DNA of 63,733 nucleotides, the filler included, from Octopus bimaculoides (lineage: Eukaryota): NCBI RefSeq assembly GCF_001194135.2. It is 4 parts of 4 records of this genome, joined end to end, with 100 filler letters (N's around TTAATTAATTAA, not from the genome) between each part and the next. Parts side by side here need not be neighbours in the genome. Positions count along the whole stretch, not along the records: positions 39,481 to 61,880 come from NC_068987.1; positions 61,981 to 63,733 come from NW_026375815.1; 2 more parts are not named here. The stretch is one strand, 5' to 3'. This document shows positions 48,406-62,400 of the stretch, in pieces. A model generated the notes under the pieces. That model was not told where the DNA came from and did not search any database. It saw nothing but the letters and a program-made list of their open reading frames with translations. How positions within the stretch are numbered: position 1 is the first letter of the stretch; every line of letters begins with the position of its first letter. A program made the position numbers and the translations under genes.

Positions 48406-49144
48406 CAAATATATATATATATATGCAATTATCACAAAGATCTACATATGAAGGAGAATTTGGTCGTTGTTGGTGTCGATGGACAAACATAAACAGAAAT
48501 ACGTATATGAATGTACATAGATCCATCACAAATTATCCAGTCAAACACGCTTTGTTAGTGGAACGAAACATTCAAGTTACCTACTTTTTAGTTTTGTCAA
48601 AACGGTCATAATATTCTGATGCCAAAGCTCTGCAGTTTATCAGAAAATGTAGACCACATTTCTTTAAACCATTTCCCAAATATTTCATAAATGTTGAATA
48701 GTCTTCTAGTCCCTTCTGAGAATAAAACATCTTAAGTTAAATGGAGATCTTAGACTTATATTTGTCAGTCGTACGCCAGAATAACCCAAGTGTATGGTTT
48801 TGGTACTTTATGTGCATATGTATGTGTCTGTGCGTCGATATATATATATTCACACACCTACTTTCATTCATACACACACACAGAGACACAGACACACACA
48901 GACACATACACACACAGACACAGACACACACAGATACAGGCACACACAGACAAACACATATATACACAGAACATATTTCAAAGTATATCGAATTGCACTA
49001 AATGACACGTTCTATACATGGAACGAATGGAATATTAAGTTAATCCACCTCAAATGGATTTACATGGATTTAAATACATGTACACACACGCACTATTATT
49101 ATAGTTATTAGCGTAACACCCACAACACCAACAACAACAACGAC

Positions 49145-49145
<1 letters not shown>

Positions 49146-49230
<85 letters not shown>

Positions 49231-49237
49231 CAACAAC

Positions 49238-49285
<48 letters not shown>
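49146..49285. repeat. (AAT)n/(AAC)n microsatellite
   Basis: Direct inspection. Confidence 0.95.
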
Positions 49286-49288
<3 letters not shown>

Positions 49289-49637
49289 CATCATCATCAT
49301 CGTCCTTAGAGAGTGGACGAAACGAATGTTCTGTACCGAATGACCTGACGTTGGCTAAGCTGCAACACTTCTGCTTATTTATCTTTAATCCTCAGATATT
49401 CACTTTTATATTTTGGTTATCTGACCTCCTTCCTCATACAGATAACAGAAGATACAACGACAACAATAATAATAACAAGAACAGTATTAGAGATAAAAAC
49501 AATACAAACGGAAATTCGGTATAATCCTTTGATCATAGTGATATTGTTATCGGTGCCAAGCATGCGTGTGTAAGTATGTATCTGCAACCGTATGTGCCTA
49601 TATATTCATAGATGAGTGTTTGTATATATTTTATACA

Positions 49638-49858
49638 TAGAGGGTGGTGCTGAAAAGTTCCTGACTTGGGATGAAAGAAAATACAGGACGATCAGTTAAT
49701 TATGATTTTATTCAATCTATTCCTCTCTCAGATTCACATACTTATTGCAATGGTCCTTCCGTTTTTCGAAGCCCTGTAAAAGAATTCTGAAGGTTGGTCC
49801 TCCAACCAGGCCTTTCACGACACCCTTAAAACCAGGAACTTTGCAGCACCTCCTCGTA
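49638..49858 (-). mobile_element. Mariner-derived MITE, fourth copy
   Basis: Same TIRs and internal sequence as 7217-7435. Confidence 0.8.
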
Positions 49859-49882
49859 TACACACTAATACAACACTCACGC

Positions 49883-49913
<31 letters not shown>

Positions 49914-49948
49914 TACACGCACACACATATGTATATGTATGTATATAA

Positions 49949-49990
<42 letters not shown>

Positions 49991-52424
49991 GNNNNNNNNN
50001 NAGTGTGTGTGTGTGAGTGTGTGTGTGTATCTTGTACGTATGATATATCCCTCTCTCTTGATCTAAACTCTCGACTTTCTGGTGAAGGGCCATGCTCGAA
50101 ACTTTACGCACCCCTCCTTTTCATCACCATAAACTGAGCGTAAACCTAATACATTATACTATGTACGTTCTTTTGCCTTTTGTCCATTTGGTCATTTATA
50201 ACCGGATATGATGTTTGTCTAGATGACTACGGCGTAATAACCAAACGAACCAGTGAAATATCGATGATGTGCCACCTGCAATGTGAGAGAAGGAGGGAAA
50301 CAGAGACAGACAGATAGAAAGAGTGGAGATAGTGAGCTGCACTACGAGTCGAATTGTACACATTTTTGTTGTATAAACTGGAGTGACTTCAAATGAAATA
50401 CCTTGCTCAAAGACAAAGCATTTCTTTCTCTCTCTTTTTCTCCACACACGCACAGCACATATATATATACACACATAGGTTTAGGCTAAGAACACAGATA
50501 AACAGAAAAAGAAAGAGAGAAAAAAAGAGACGGAGAGAGAGAGAGAAAGAGAGATTGAGAGAAAATGAGAAAGAGAGACAGAGACAGAGAGAGAAGAAAT
50601 TAAGCAGGGACAACGAAAATGTACACAGCAGGTGAAAGAGAACAAAGCAAACGGATGAAACGTAAAAATTCAGCAATCAGCTGTCTGCTGAAAATCATTG
50701 TAATTTCGACCCCTTAGGAAAGGATCTCTATCATCTTTTTAGTGGCATCAGCATTTTCAAGAAATGATTCCTAGAAAGTAATACATTTGCAGCCGAAATA
50801 TAAACGATACCAGTATTGAATGCATTGAGTTGTATCGATTAAGACAGAGAACAGGATAATATTTAAACTATTTCGACTGAACTAAGTGTAACACGAAATA
50901 ACAGGGTACGGTTGGGCACACAAACATTAGAAAAATTGCTAGATTAAATGACTGTTCATTTCGCTTTATATACTGAACGTCTTCGAAGAAATAATGTTAA
51001 ACAGAACAGTGTCATTTGTATTTGTGCATACTGACTGGAATATCAAGAAATTATATGGAATTAAACAATCTTAGAGGGAAGTTCTCTAGGGACTTTACGT
51101 ATATCTGAGTGCTGTGTGGGATCATCAAAAGCGTTATAGAGTAGCTGTCTTTGCACTTCTCTTGTAGGTGACGAGTGAAGAGGATAATGATGGTTGCGGT
51201 GACATTACAACTGGAAACTATACTGGTTTGGGTCATACATTTTGACGATGTCTGCAATTTGACAGAGAGCACGGGGCAAAAGTCTTCTCAGAGATATTCA
51301 CCCAAAAGATTCTCTTATACGATTGTTTCTGTCTCGTTCGTCCTTATAAGAGTGTGTCATGTTCTGTGGAACTATTCCTTCATTCCAACACTGAGACTAC
51401 TTTGCGCAAGTGTTTTAACGGAATATTTTTTATGCGCCTGTTTGATTTTAGTGGACTGCCATACAATCCTGCGACTTTGATGGTCGGAAGGCATCAGGGG
51501 ATTTACTTATCTTCCGCAGTCGGCAATACATTTGATTCGTATATGGTAGGTAGGCATTCCATGGTGTCTGGTGCGCTGTTTAAAATGCTATTTCCTCTGG
51601 AGTAGAATTAAGAGTAGACATCTGCTTATCTTTCCATATACTTACCTATGTCTTCAATGGCCTTACTTGCTATGGTTTCAGTGATGAATTCTTAATCTGA
51701 TTTGCGTCACTACTTTTCTTGATCTCATCGTATAATCTAACAATGTCTCTTGTATCAAATGAAAACTGTATGCTATCATAGAGTATAGTCAGAACTAATT
51801 AGCAAGTGGCTGACTGTCTTTTGTGCCTGCATCTTACAGTTCTTAGTGCCTTTACAACTGCCGAAATAGAGTGGCGCTTCTGCTTTAGTAAATTATATCT
51901 ATGGCAGCTATAAGTTTATAGTTTAGCTAAATGAGTTTAGCTAAACACGTTTCAAACTTGTCTTGTGTCTCATATTTTCCGCAGGTCCAGGGAGCGACGC
52001 TGTGGATTGTACCACTGAACGCGTTCAATTTCAATTGTGCTTCTCCTTCTGGTGGGCCTACAAGGAGAGAATTCCACAGAGACATTATGGAATTCATTAT
52101 TTACACTGTTGGGTCTTACACGAGATGGACAAGAGCCACTAGTGATGGGAATGAATGTCATCGCAGAGGTTGTTATAAAGAAATTGAAACTAACGTCAGA
52201 TAGTAGCTGCAACTCTGAATTTATCCATAGGATTCATTTTTGAATGGACCAAGACAGCTGTACTTTAAAATCAAAGTGTGTCATGCTGGGAAATGTTAGA
52301 GAAGCCAAGTCCATTATCAAACCGTGCTTCTCATACCAAACATCTAAAACTGAGACGTATGCTATAAGATAAACGTTTATATGAGATTTATATGTTTGTA
52401 TGTGTTAATATATAGATATACTAA

Positions 52425-52625
52425 GGAGGCAAAATAGCAGACTCGCTAGAACGCCGAGCAAAATGCTTTTGTGGTATTTCGTCTGTCTTTACATTCTGTG
52501 TTCAAATTCTGCCGAGGTCGATCTTGCCATTCATCCATTTGGAATCGATAAAACAAATACCATTGGAGCACTGGAATCGATGTGATCGACTTAGCCCGAC
52601 TCCGAATTTGTTAGTCTTGAAACCA
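52425..52625 (+). mobile_element. SINE family B
   Basis: ggaggcaaaatagcagactcgctagaacgccgagcaaaatgc...gttcaaattctgccgaggtcgatcttgcc. Confidence 0.75.
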
Positions 52626-53153
52626 ATAGGTATATGTATATGAATAATACTATTTTATAAAGAATTGCAGCGTGGAAAGTGTTTATAAGCCATTTAAAAC
52701 ACACAAAAATCGTTAGATTCACTTCAACATTTAAATTTAATTTGCCAAAATATTTTCGTCGCTTTGAGGCCGGGACCTGTTCACTGACAAAATTCCGTGT
52801 GTGTGCGTGTGCGCGTGCACGTGTGTGTGTGTGTTAAAATATCATAAAAAACATGAAAACCAGACCATGTTATAACTTTATTCAACTGATATATATATAT
52901 GTGTGTATGTGTGTGAGTGTGTATATATATATATATATATGTATATACACACACATACACATAATGGTAAATAATACAGATATATGAGTATGTTCTGGTG
53001 CACATTAAGTGCAGTGATTTGCGTTTAGACGTTGACTTTTCCTGTAAGTGTGCTAAGTAGCAAAATCTCGTGTATTGGTATGTACCATTTTCTTAGCAGA
53101 AATCGGCACCATGAATGTTCCTACAATTTATATTGATCGCACACAAGGATACA

Positions 53154-53195
<42 letters not shown>

Positions 53196-53253
53196 TAAAC
53201 ACACACGCACATTCATATATAATACATTATATATACACAAACTACAAACCATG

Positions 53254-53285
<32 letters not shown>

Positions 53286-53853
53286 CAAACCACACACAAG
53301 CATTTCTGCGTCTGTGTTGTCTCGTGTAAGCTGTTAATTAGACAGTATCTCAATGTGTCACTAGTAAGAGATTGAAGATGTTAATCTAGTGATATGTTGA
53401 AATATTCCAGCCTACCTTAGTAATATTACCAACACACGCAAGTTGTTCAGTTCCGATAGCCCCGGCATAAGATTATATATATTCTTCTATATCTATCTTA
53501 CACTTACGTACATTTCAACAACTATATGAATACATGTAAATACGGCGGGTAGGGTGTATGCACACAAACACACACACACACACATTTAGATAGAGAATGA
53601 AAGAGAGATAGAGAGAGAGGGAGGGAGAGAGAGGGACAGAAACCGAATATGACTACGGACATGTGCGTATAGTGTAGAGAATGTGACAAGCTTTATCTAC
53701 AATATCTGCAGACGTGTATGTTTATCAAGAGCTGAGTTCATTAGTTACCACCGGAGCAATAAGTGTGAAGTAAAAATATGACTGAGTGCACGATGTTCAC
53801 TCTCTCTGTCTTTCCCTCTCTTTATGTGTGTATGTGTGTGTACGTACATATAT

Positions 53854-54249
53854 ACTCTTTACTCTTTTACTTGTTTCAGTCATTTGACTGCGGCCATGCT
53901 GGAGCACCGCCTTTAGTCGAGGAAATCGACCCCAGGACTTATTCTTTGTAAGCCTAGTACTTATTCTATCGGTCTCTTTTTGCCGAACCGCTAAGTTACG
54001 GGGTCGTAAACACACCAGCATCGGTTGTCAAGCGATGGTGGGAGGACAAACACAGACACACAAACACACATACATATATATATATATACATATATACGAC
54101 GGGTTTCTTTCAGTTTCCGTCTACCAAATCCACTCACAAGGCTTTGGTCGGCCCGAGGCTATAGTAGAAGACACTTACCCAAGGTGCCACGCAGTGGGAC
54201 TGAACCCGGAACCATGTGGTTGGTAAGCAAGCTACTTACCACACAGCCA
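53854..54249 (-). mobile_element. SINE family A, near full length and young
   Basis: Close reverse-complement match to 18930-19325. Confidence 0.9.
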
Positions 54250-54264
54250 TGGGCCGAGTTCATG

Positions 54265-54990
54265 ATCTTTAAAGACCATCCGAGACTGGAGAGATTGGGA
54301 GCATCAAAGTTTCGTTCATACAGTTGCAAGTCAAAACCAGCAGGAAATACATGAACAAAGAAAACATTCCAGTGGTCGAGTTCTAAAGATGAAGGATGAG
54401 GCGGAGCGTTTAGTGCTAGGGAAGCAGGGCTGGACACACGATGGGTACTAGGATGGAAGAGAACGAGTGGATCGGTGGGGGAGGGTTTGAGCTATGGCTG
54501 ATAGCATCCACTAGTTGATATTCGCAAGGCCTCTGAAGAATCACTGCAAGTTTGTTCAAGGGGATGTGTCTTTCATGGTTGTGGGTGATTCATCGTTCGG
54601 AGAGGTAGGGAAGGAATGAAAAGTAGTGTCATCTCATAAGAGTAGGCGCTGTTGGGTGTGAGGTAAGAAGGTCATTGATATTATGAAGAAAAAGTGTGCT
54701 GGATAGAACAAAATCATGGGGAACACCCGAGTTGATTGAGAGCAAAGACAAAAGTAACTTCGTCAATACGTGCTGCGTTGCTATAATATGATTCGAAGTT
54801 GCCGATCCCAGGGCCGAGAGAAGGGTGAAGTAGGCGGGAAGTTTTGAATGGAAATTAGCGTGTCAGATACGGTCGAAGATGTTACTGATTTCCAGGGCAA
54901 CAACTTTGCTTTCGCCGCATTGATCTAAAGCGAAATCCCACTGATGAGCAATAATAGGGAGTATGCTTCCACTAGATCTGGATTTGCAGA
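54265..54990 (-). mobile_element. Jockey/CR1-group LINE RT relic
   Basis: ALDQCGESKVVALEISNIFDRI.HANFHSKLPAY (ALDISKAFDRV-like) and INSGVPHDFVLSSTLFLHNIND (SGVPQGSVL-like). Confidence 0.75.
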
Positions 54991-56669
54991 ACCCGCAATG
55001 GTGGTCTCTGAGAGAGAGAGAGAAAAACAGAACATACGCTTTAATATTTAAATAGAAAAGATTTTTCGTTTCATATTCAATGTTGCATAACTAAAAACTG
55101 AGTTTGTTAATTTTCCTGCCAGGAATTCCACACCCGTAAAATATGTTAATAACTGCCGATTTTAAGCTGCTTGTTGCTACCCTTAAATAATGTCCTTTAC
55201 ACTGAGTTATAAAAGTGAGATTATGAATAAGAGATTTCAAATATTTGAATAAAATATATAAGTTTATTCCGTGTATAGTCCATTTCTGTGTCTTTCGTGC
55301 CCACATCTGATAAAATAGGTGTGAGAAATGCAGAGAAAGGCTGTATTAGCGTAAGAAAATTACGGCCGTATTTGCGCTTTTATTTTTATTTTTCCATTTG
55401 TTTTGAAGGCATCTGTATGTTACAGCAACAATTTGCTTTCCTATCTGATCTCAGTATTATTAAGCCACAAACACGACAAGCGATGACGTGCTGGTATATT
55501 CGGACTTAAACAGTTAACATCGCCTTAACACGCACACACATACTCATATATTATCTTTCTTTCTTTTTCTCTTACTCTTTTTTCTCTCCTTCTCTCTCCC
55601 TCTATCGCTCTCTCTCTCTCTCTCTCTCTCTCTCGCTCTCTCTTTCTCTCTCTCGCGATACCTTCTACATAATCCAGGTAATTACATGATGAGATTGAAA
55701 CCGTTACCATCTTACACAACTAAAGACTTATTCTATTGCACGAACATTGACAAGCAATAAACATATATTCCTTTAACACCGAAGATCAATAAAGGACGCT
55801 GATTTAAAACTTCAGAATTTTCTAAGGAATCATATAGATTTTATATAACACTGACAGCTATCAGTTCGCCGAAAACTAAATACTTTACTTCAAACCTAAC
55901 GGGAGTCAACTTTTCTGTTATGGAATAAAAGCCTGATATATTTAACTTACACATTAGGGGAACGCAAAATTTGATTTAAAAGATAATAGACCAGCATTCT
56001 CCCTTTGGTGAAATTCATTAACAATATGAGAGCTCAGTCAATTATTTGATTCTTGCGGTGATCTGAGAAACCTTAAAATTTTGAATTCTGAAATAGCCGT
56101 GTTTCAGAAAATTTTTCGGGATTAAGAAACTTGTAACACTCCAGGTTATTTTCGACAACAGGATTATCATGCTGAAGCCTAAACAAATAGAAGTGAGGTT
56201 TCCTGATATAATGACAAGGGAAATGTACATTCGCTTTCTTTATTTTTCTAATGATTCTGTTTTCACCTGTTCGTTTGTTGTAACTAGTTGCAGAACAGAA
56301 GATATGATTTCAATCAGACAAGTATACGATAGGTCCAAACCTGGCAGAACGTTTTAATATCAGCTTTGATATTAATTATGATTAGAAAATGCTACATCGT
56401 CGCTAAGTTTCGGTTACTCTAGTGTTAAATTATAAGAATTTATCTGTAAGTTCTATACATATATATNNNNNNNNNNNNNNNNNNNNNNNNNNNNNNNNNN
56501 NNNNNNNNNNNNNNNNNNNNNNNNNNNNNNNNNNNNNNNNNNNNNNNNNNNNNNNNNNATATATATATTTACACATACATACATACATACATACATAGAA
56601 TATCTAGGATATGTAGTTACAGGATTATGTATGTATGTATGTGCAGATATATATGCTTTATGTATGTAT

Positions 56670-56878
56670 CCTCATGCATACAGTTGCATATCTAGACATG
56701 CTCATATATATTTAAATGATAAACTTCTGGAGAATTTTACAGATTTTTACAGTTCCAGTGATAGACTGGATCTGTAGTCTACGAATTAGTTATCTTCTGG
56801 TTTTGAGAAGCCTAATTTCTCAAGATTGGTATTTAGGCAGTGTGTTACATATTCCAGGGTCGCAATAATTACAGGCAT
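56670..56878 (-). mobile_element. R4/Dong-like LINE 3' fragment
   Basis: Minus translation IATLEYVTHCLNTNLEKLGFSKPEDN*FVDYRSSLSLEL in one frame and LQIQSITGTVKICKILQKFII* in another. The 3' flank gcatgaggatacatacataaa matches the 43625 flank. Confidence 0.85.
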
Positions 56879-58003
56879 ACAAACAAACATACATACATAC
56901 ATACATACATACATACATACATACATGTATATTACAGGTATAAACCTAAACTTGTAATATGTATGTATGTACTTATACAAGGTTCTTTCCAGAAGTTTTG
57001 AGACTTTTTCAGGATACATTTATTTATTTCAAAGAAGTGCAAATTTCATATCCCCTTCAAGGAGGGGTTTTCTGACTTCAGTCGATTTTGAAATGCAAGT
57101 AAAAACGAGACAATACCAGATGCATAGCTAGTTGATTGGTTCAAAGTCTATCGTATTTAATCGGTTTTCTTTGTCGATGCGTCATCAAGTCGCAGAGTAG
57201 ACAAATCAAAACGCTTTCAGTAATATGTATGCTTTCATTTAGGGAACACTCGTCATACCTAAATTCTACTTTATCTTAGGTATCCTCCAACGAAGTTTAG
57301 TCTTTCAGGTTCTTCTCAACTACTGGGAATGTGTGTGTGCATAGAGTGATAATGTGATTCCAGTAGATCAGCATCGTAGACTAAAAAGTCGTCCTTATTA
57401 CGTATATACCTCAATCACAGTGCTATTCAGGAAACAGAAGTGAAAGTGGCATATTCATTCCTGTAACCATTTTTCTAGAAAGCGGGGATGTGTTCATGAG
57501 GTTTCTGATTTGTTTCTATACACAATCAGGGTCACACTGAATACAAGCCTTCTGTTAGAAGTTGTTTCCCCTGAAAAGATAGGTAGATTTTTTTTTTTTT
57601 TTTTTTTTTTCATGAGTTGACGCTACGATATCTTTAGATGATAACAGCATAACGTTTAAATTGCTCATTCCCAGTTGGATAATATGTATTCGAGCAGCTA
57701 TTAGCTATACCTTCCTCATGTAAGAAATATATTTGTTCAGAACAAATGAAAGCGTTTCCTGGATCTTAGTGAACAGAACAAGGTAAACAGGAAATAGAAA
57801 ATAATGTAGTCAAGCAAGAAATGACAGTCGCTGGCGAAATGACTTGACAAGGAAATGCGAATTGTAAACGGAATATTTGTAATTTGTCTAAAGACATCTA
57901 CTACATGACGATGATGTTAAACTATCATTTAACTCAACGTCTCCGTGGTCAAAGAGACGCATAGATCTGATGAGCTGGTGGTGTCCAGAAACAACAAGCT
58001 TAC

Positions 58004-58063
58004 CGTCGTTCACTGAATAAGGATGTTTACGTTTCCAATCAAAATGCCTCGACTCTGTAGCGC
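58004..58063 (-). CDS. Candidate 60-nt symmetric (phase 1-1) coding exon, product unknown
   Basis: Acceptor ttctctgctgttcag|, donor cg|gtaagc. Only the phase-1 frame is open: (G)ATESRHFDWKRKHPYSVND. No homology recognised. Confidence 0.3.
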
Positions 58064-58424
58064 CTGAACAGCAGAGAATTTTATAGAGTTCTAAGACAGG
58101 CCTCTCTACAAATTAGCACCACAAAAATCACTACATAGTGCAGTTACAATAGAAAATAATGAGGTTAATACATAGAAGGATGGCATGAGTTCTAATTTCC
58201 AGTGTGATATATTCTCATTTTAAGCAAGTTTTTGTGTTGAGAACGATCACATAAGTTAGGTTTCTGATCAGAGATGAAGGTAAATAAGGTGCCTAAAAAA
58301 AGATGGTGACACTTTTTAGAAGCTTCAAATTCTGTATGAGTATCTTTTTCCACTACGTAATTTTTTCCCAGCAGCATTTGGTGAATGAGAAAAGAATGCT
58401 ACATTCTACCATTTTCATATCAAC

Positions 58425-58530
58425 CTTATTCTATCTGTCTCTTTTGCCGAACCGCTAAGTTACGGAGACATAAACACACCAGCATCGGTTGTCAGGCAAT
58501 GCTAGGGGACAAACACAAACACACACACAA

Positions 58531-58565
<35 letters not shown>

Positions 58566-58736
58566 CATATATACGACGCGCTTCTTTCAGTTTCCGTCTA
58601 CCAAATCCACTCAAAAGGCTTTGGTCGGCCCGAGGCTATAGTAGAAGACACTTGCCCAAGATGCCACGTAGTGGGACTGAACCCGGAACCATGTGGTTGG
58701 TAAGCAAGCTACTTACCACAGAGCCACTCCTGCGCC
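58425..58736 (-). mobile_element. SINE family A
   Basis: Reverse complement of ggcgcaggagtggctctgtggtaagtagc.... Confidence 0.88.
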
Positions 58737-60562
58737 TTTGCCTAACTGCATGTCACTCTGGTTGAAAATGAAGAATGAGACGACATGAACAAAGAGGTCC
58801 TCATAATACAGAACACTACTAAACAATACTAGAGATATATTCAATTCTGAGTACAAAAAGAAGAGCAACAAATTCAGGGGAGCAAGAGTCACTTGGGAGC
58901 AGAAAAATAAATCTAATAACAACATATGTAAGTTGGTGTTTCCAAAACCCTAGATACAACTCTGAAAACAGTTCTGAGAAGAGCCAAGAATTATATATGT
59001 TACACATTTTTAACACGCCATAATATATTGTATAATATACTGTCTGGATCTCTACATGTTCTTGTAACCATTTTGGAGAACTTTGTTCTGGCGGCAAAAT
59101 ACAAGAAAATATTATTTTCAACATCACTGCATTCGATCTTTCGATTCACATTTGTGTTATTAATGGTAAACTAGTAATAATTCTTTATCAGCACTTTCTT
59201 TCCTTGAAGAGAACGCACATGTGGCAAAAAAAAAATGTTTTATAGACTGCACGAGAAAGAATATATTGCATGTGAGAAGTGACATCGAACTTAACAGATG
59301 GAGACGACTTATGAGAAAAGGAATAATAAATTCTTTATATGAAAACCATTCTTTTGTACTTTTAAGTAATTTAACATTTCGTAATTTAACATTAACTTCA
59401 CATTTTATGTGTCTTCGATCTAGTACCCAAAAGAAATAAAACGTTTTATGTGGAAATAACATTTATGTACAGGAATAGAACTCCTGAAGACATCAGGAGA
59501 ATTAACTGATTGAAATCTCGTTAAAAAGCAATGTACATGAAAAACTAAGTTAATAATAGTCTGGAAATAATACTTTACATTACTTTAGCCATAAATCATT
59601 TCAAAACTTCAGCTATAAAATATTCTCTGTGTTTTAAACTCCCAACATGTATTTATCACAAGACCAAATGAAATATTACACATGCTGTTTTTATATAGTT
59701 GAGAACATTACCTTGGATGGAATTCTTGAAGCAATTTAGTTCAACAGAATAGTAACTGTGCATTACTTTTGATTGCAGACAAGTATATATTTTATAGCTT
59801 TTTAGAACTTGTAAGAATGATGAATTTAAGCACATGGGAGTTGAATTCGACACTATGTTCCTAATGAGTTCAACATGTTGAAACGAAGATATAGAGATAT
59901 TAACATTCTCCAAAATGTCTGCTGATCGACATAGAGTGATCTTAAATTCTAGTTTTATTATTTGTCTTGTTTTTTTTAAGAATATGTCTTTAGATAGAAT
60001 GTAGACAGGTTTCTTACAGAATATATTTTATATATCAGTTTCAATTTTGATATAAGCTGGTGGGTTTGTCCATGACTTTCCTTCTAGTCTAGTATATACA
60101 CTAGATTTCCTCAAACACCACTTTATCACTCTAAAGTGCAAAGGAAGTTATAGCTACTTCTGATCTTTTCTTCATTTTGATTAGCATAATAACAGACAAT
60201 TCATAAATTAGCTTGATAGAAAATGCAGTCAATCTAATATCTAATACTTATATGTAATAAAATGGATCCATGGATGAGGTGACATTCATTGGATTGCATT
60301 GCACAAACCGGCTGAATTTTATACTACACTCTGTATAAGCGGTTTAGTTTATCAAATGTAGCTATTTCTCCTACGAGTCAACAATATACTTCTAAAGTTC
60401 AAATTTCTCTCCCAAATTATGAAATTAGGCATACTGACTATGGTAGCAATTTATATCTTAGTGGACTTGGCTGTTAAGTTATGTATCATAAACACAAACA
60501 CCATGCGTTGTCGTCCGGTATCATTCCCACTGGTCCACCTACAATCAGAAAATACATGGTAG

Positions 60563-60640
<78 letters not shown>

Positions 60641-60849
60641 ATAATGTTGTGTCTTGAGAGAGTCATTCTCTTTTAGTGCCTCATAATTTAACACACTCAC
60701 CGTTAAAATTTCCACTTTATTTTTCTTTATTTTTCTAAAATATATATTAAATGCATCCACAGTTGTTTGGTTTTCATAAATTTCATATCACTCCTTGTTG
60801 TTTATAGCCACAACAAGATAGATTGATCAGGCCTATGACAAAAATCATT

Positions 60850-61050
60850 CGGTCTGCTACCATCTTCTCAATATGCGTATGTCTGTGACAAGTGTTAGCT
60901 AGATAACCTGACAACAAGAGAAAAGTTGGACGACCTAAAAAAGGCATGGAAAAGATGCGTAGAGGATGAAGCGAACGCTGAAATCAAGGTGGTAACCCAA
61001 GATAGCGTCCACTGACCTGAAATAGACGCAGCCCTATGTTCCTTGATTAC
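60850..61050 (+). mobile_element. RTE-like LINE C-terminal relic
   Basis: RKVGRPKKAW.RCVEDE ... QDSVH ... AALCS pattern of the RTE ORF2 end. Confidence 0.55.
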
Positions 61051-61843
61051 ATGGTTTAATTTGTACTTTCCATTTTATAAATATGTGAATTTAAGATTTG
61101 ACCACGTGCATGCTCCCTCGTTACCGAAGCTTTTCTGAATGCAGTTCAGTAGGGCAGTGTTTAAGAAGATATTCGATAGTGGAGTTTCTTGATTGGTTTT
61201 AGGGCTCCTCCTGTATTATGAGGGTTGTATCATCAGAACTCTTTTTTTAAAGATATGTATATAAAGTTTAATAATTTTTCAAAAGGTTTTTCTAATCATT
61301 CGACTTTAAATAAACCCCACTCCATACTTTGTCTGCATCGTTCTCAATATCCGCCGCCCGAGCAGCAAATAAAGCAATCATCACCACCACCACCANNNNN
61401 NNNNNNNNNNNNNNNNNNNNNNNNNNNNNNNNNNNNNNNNNNNNNNNNNNNNNNNNNNNNNNNNNNNNNNNNNNNNNNNNNNNNNNNNNNNNNNNGTGAG
61501 AGAAAGAGAGAGAATCATATTCACGTCGTCTATTATATTCATGTGCTTATAATGCAGTTTTATTGTCATGTTCTTTAAGAACTATTTCGCAATCGCTACT
61601 CCTGCCACTGTTTTTTTGCTTCTGTTCTTGTTGTTTTTGTTGTTGTTCTCGGTGTTAGTGGTTTCGGTGGTGAGGGTAGAAGTGGTGGTTCTATGACGAT
61701 GATAATGATGCGGAGGAGGATAGAATTAGTGTCTTTAATGTGGCCGATACTATTTTTTTGTTAGTAGAAACGCTACACATTGTTGATATATGTACATGCG
61801 TGTGTGTATTCCTGTGTGTGTGAGTGTGTATATGTATACATGT

Positions 61844-61880
<37 letters not shown>

Positions 61881-61924
61881 NNNNNNNNNNNNNNNNNNNN
61901 NNNNNNNNNNNNNNNNNNNNNNNN

Positions 61925-61936
61925 TTAATTAATTAA
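61925..61936. other. Artificial scaffold linker
   Basis: 44N-TTAATTAATTAA-44N. Confidence 0.9.
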
Positions 61937-62361
61937 NNNNNNNNNNNNNNNNNNNNNNNNNNNNNNNNNNNNNNNNNNNNTATATATATATACACACATA
62001 TATATATACACATATATATATGTATGCATCTGTGTGTGTGCTTTATTATGTGTGTCTGTGGAAATGTATATGTGTATGTGTGTATATAAGTATATATATA
62101 GCAAGTGTGTGTGTGTGTGTGTATGTGATACAAATGTATTGGTGTTAAAAATGTTACATATGCTTCAAACACAAACATGAATGAATGTTTGTTGGATGAG
62201 AGTAAATAACAAGAGAGCAAAAAATTGTGTAATGAACTTCATTAGCTAACAGCTGTTACCTGTTTCTGCTATAAAATACAATGCACTCGTAAGTGAGTAG
62301 TTGACTTTCACCTTATAGCTTCATTGAAGTTTCAAAAACGAAGTGCAATTTTATTTGGGAA

Positions 62362-62400
<39 letters not shown>

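Noticed and set aside
48570-48718. Minus-strand segment with acceptor ttttattctcag and donor tag|gtaact
   Set aside because: All frames end in or contain stops; it could only be a terminal exon, and there is no supporting homology.
49296-49335. gtcc-ttagagagt-ggac-GAAAC resembling hammerhead helix II
   Set aside because: No CUGANGA upstream (only (CAT)n) and no helix I.
57966-58000. CTGATGA...GAAAC pair
   Set aside because: Helix II is out of register with the core, and no helix III or NUH site can be drawn.
58819-59127. 102-aa hydrophobic minus-strand ORF that looked receptor-like
   Set aside because: No GPCR or ion-channel motif recognised; hydrophobic bias is expected from T-rich sequence.
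59480-59525. CTGAAGA-atcag/ctgat-GAAA hammerhead-like core
   Set aside because: Helix I and III cannot be formed; too degenerate to call without paralogues.
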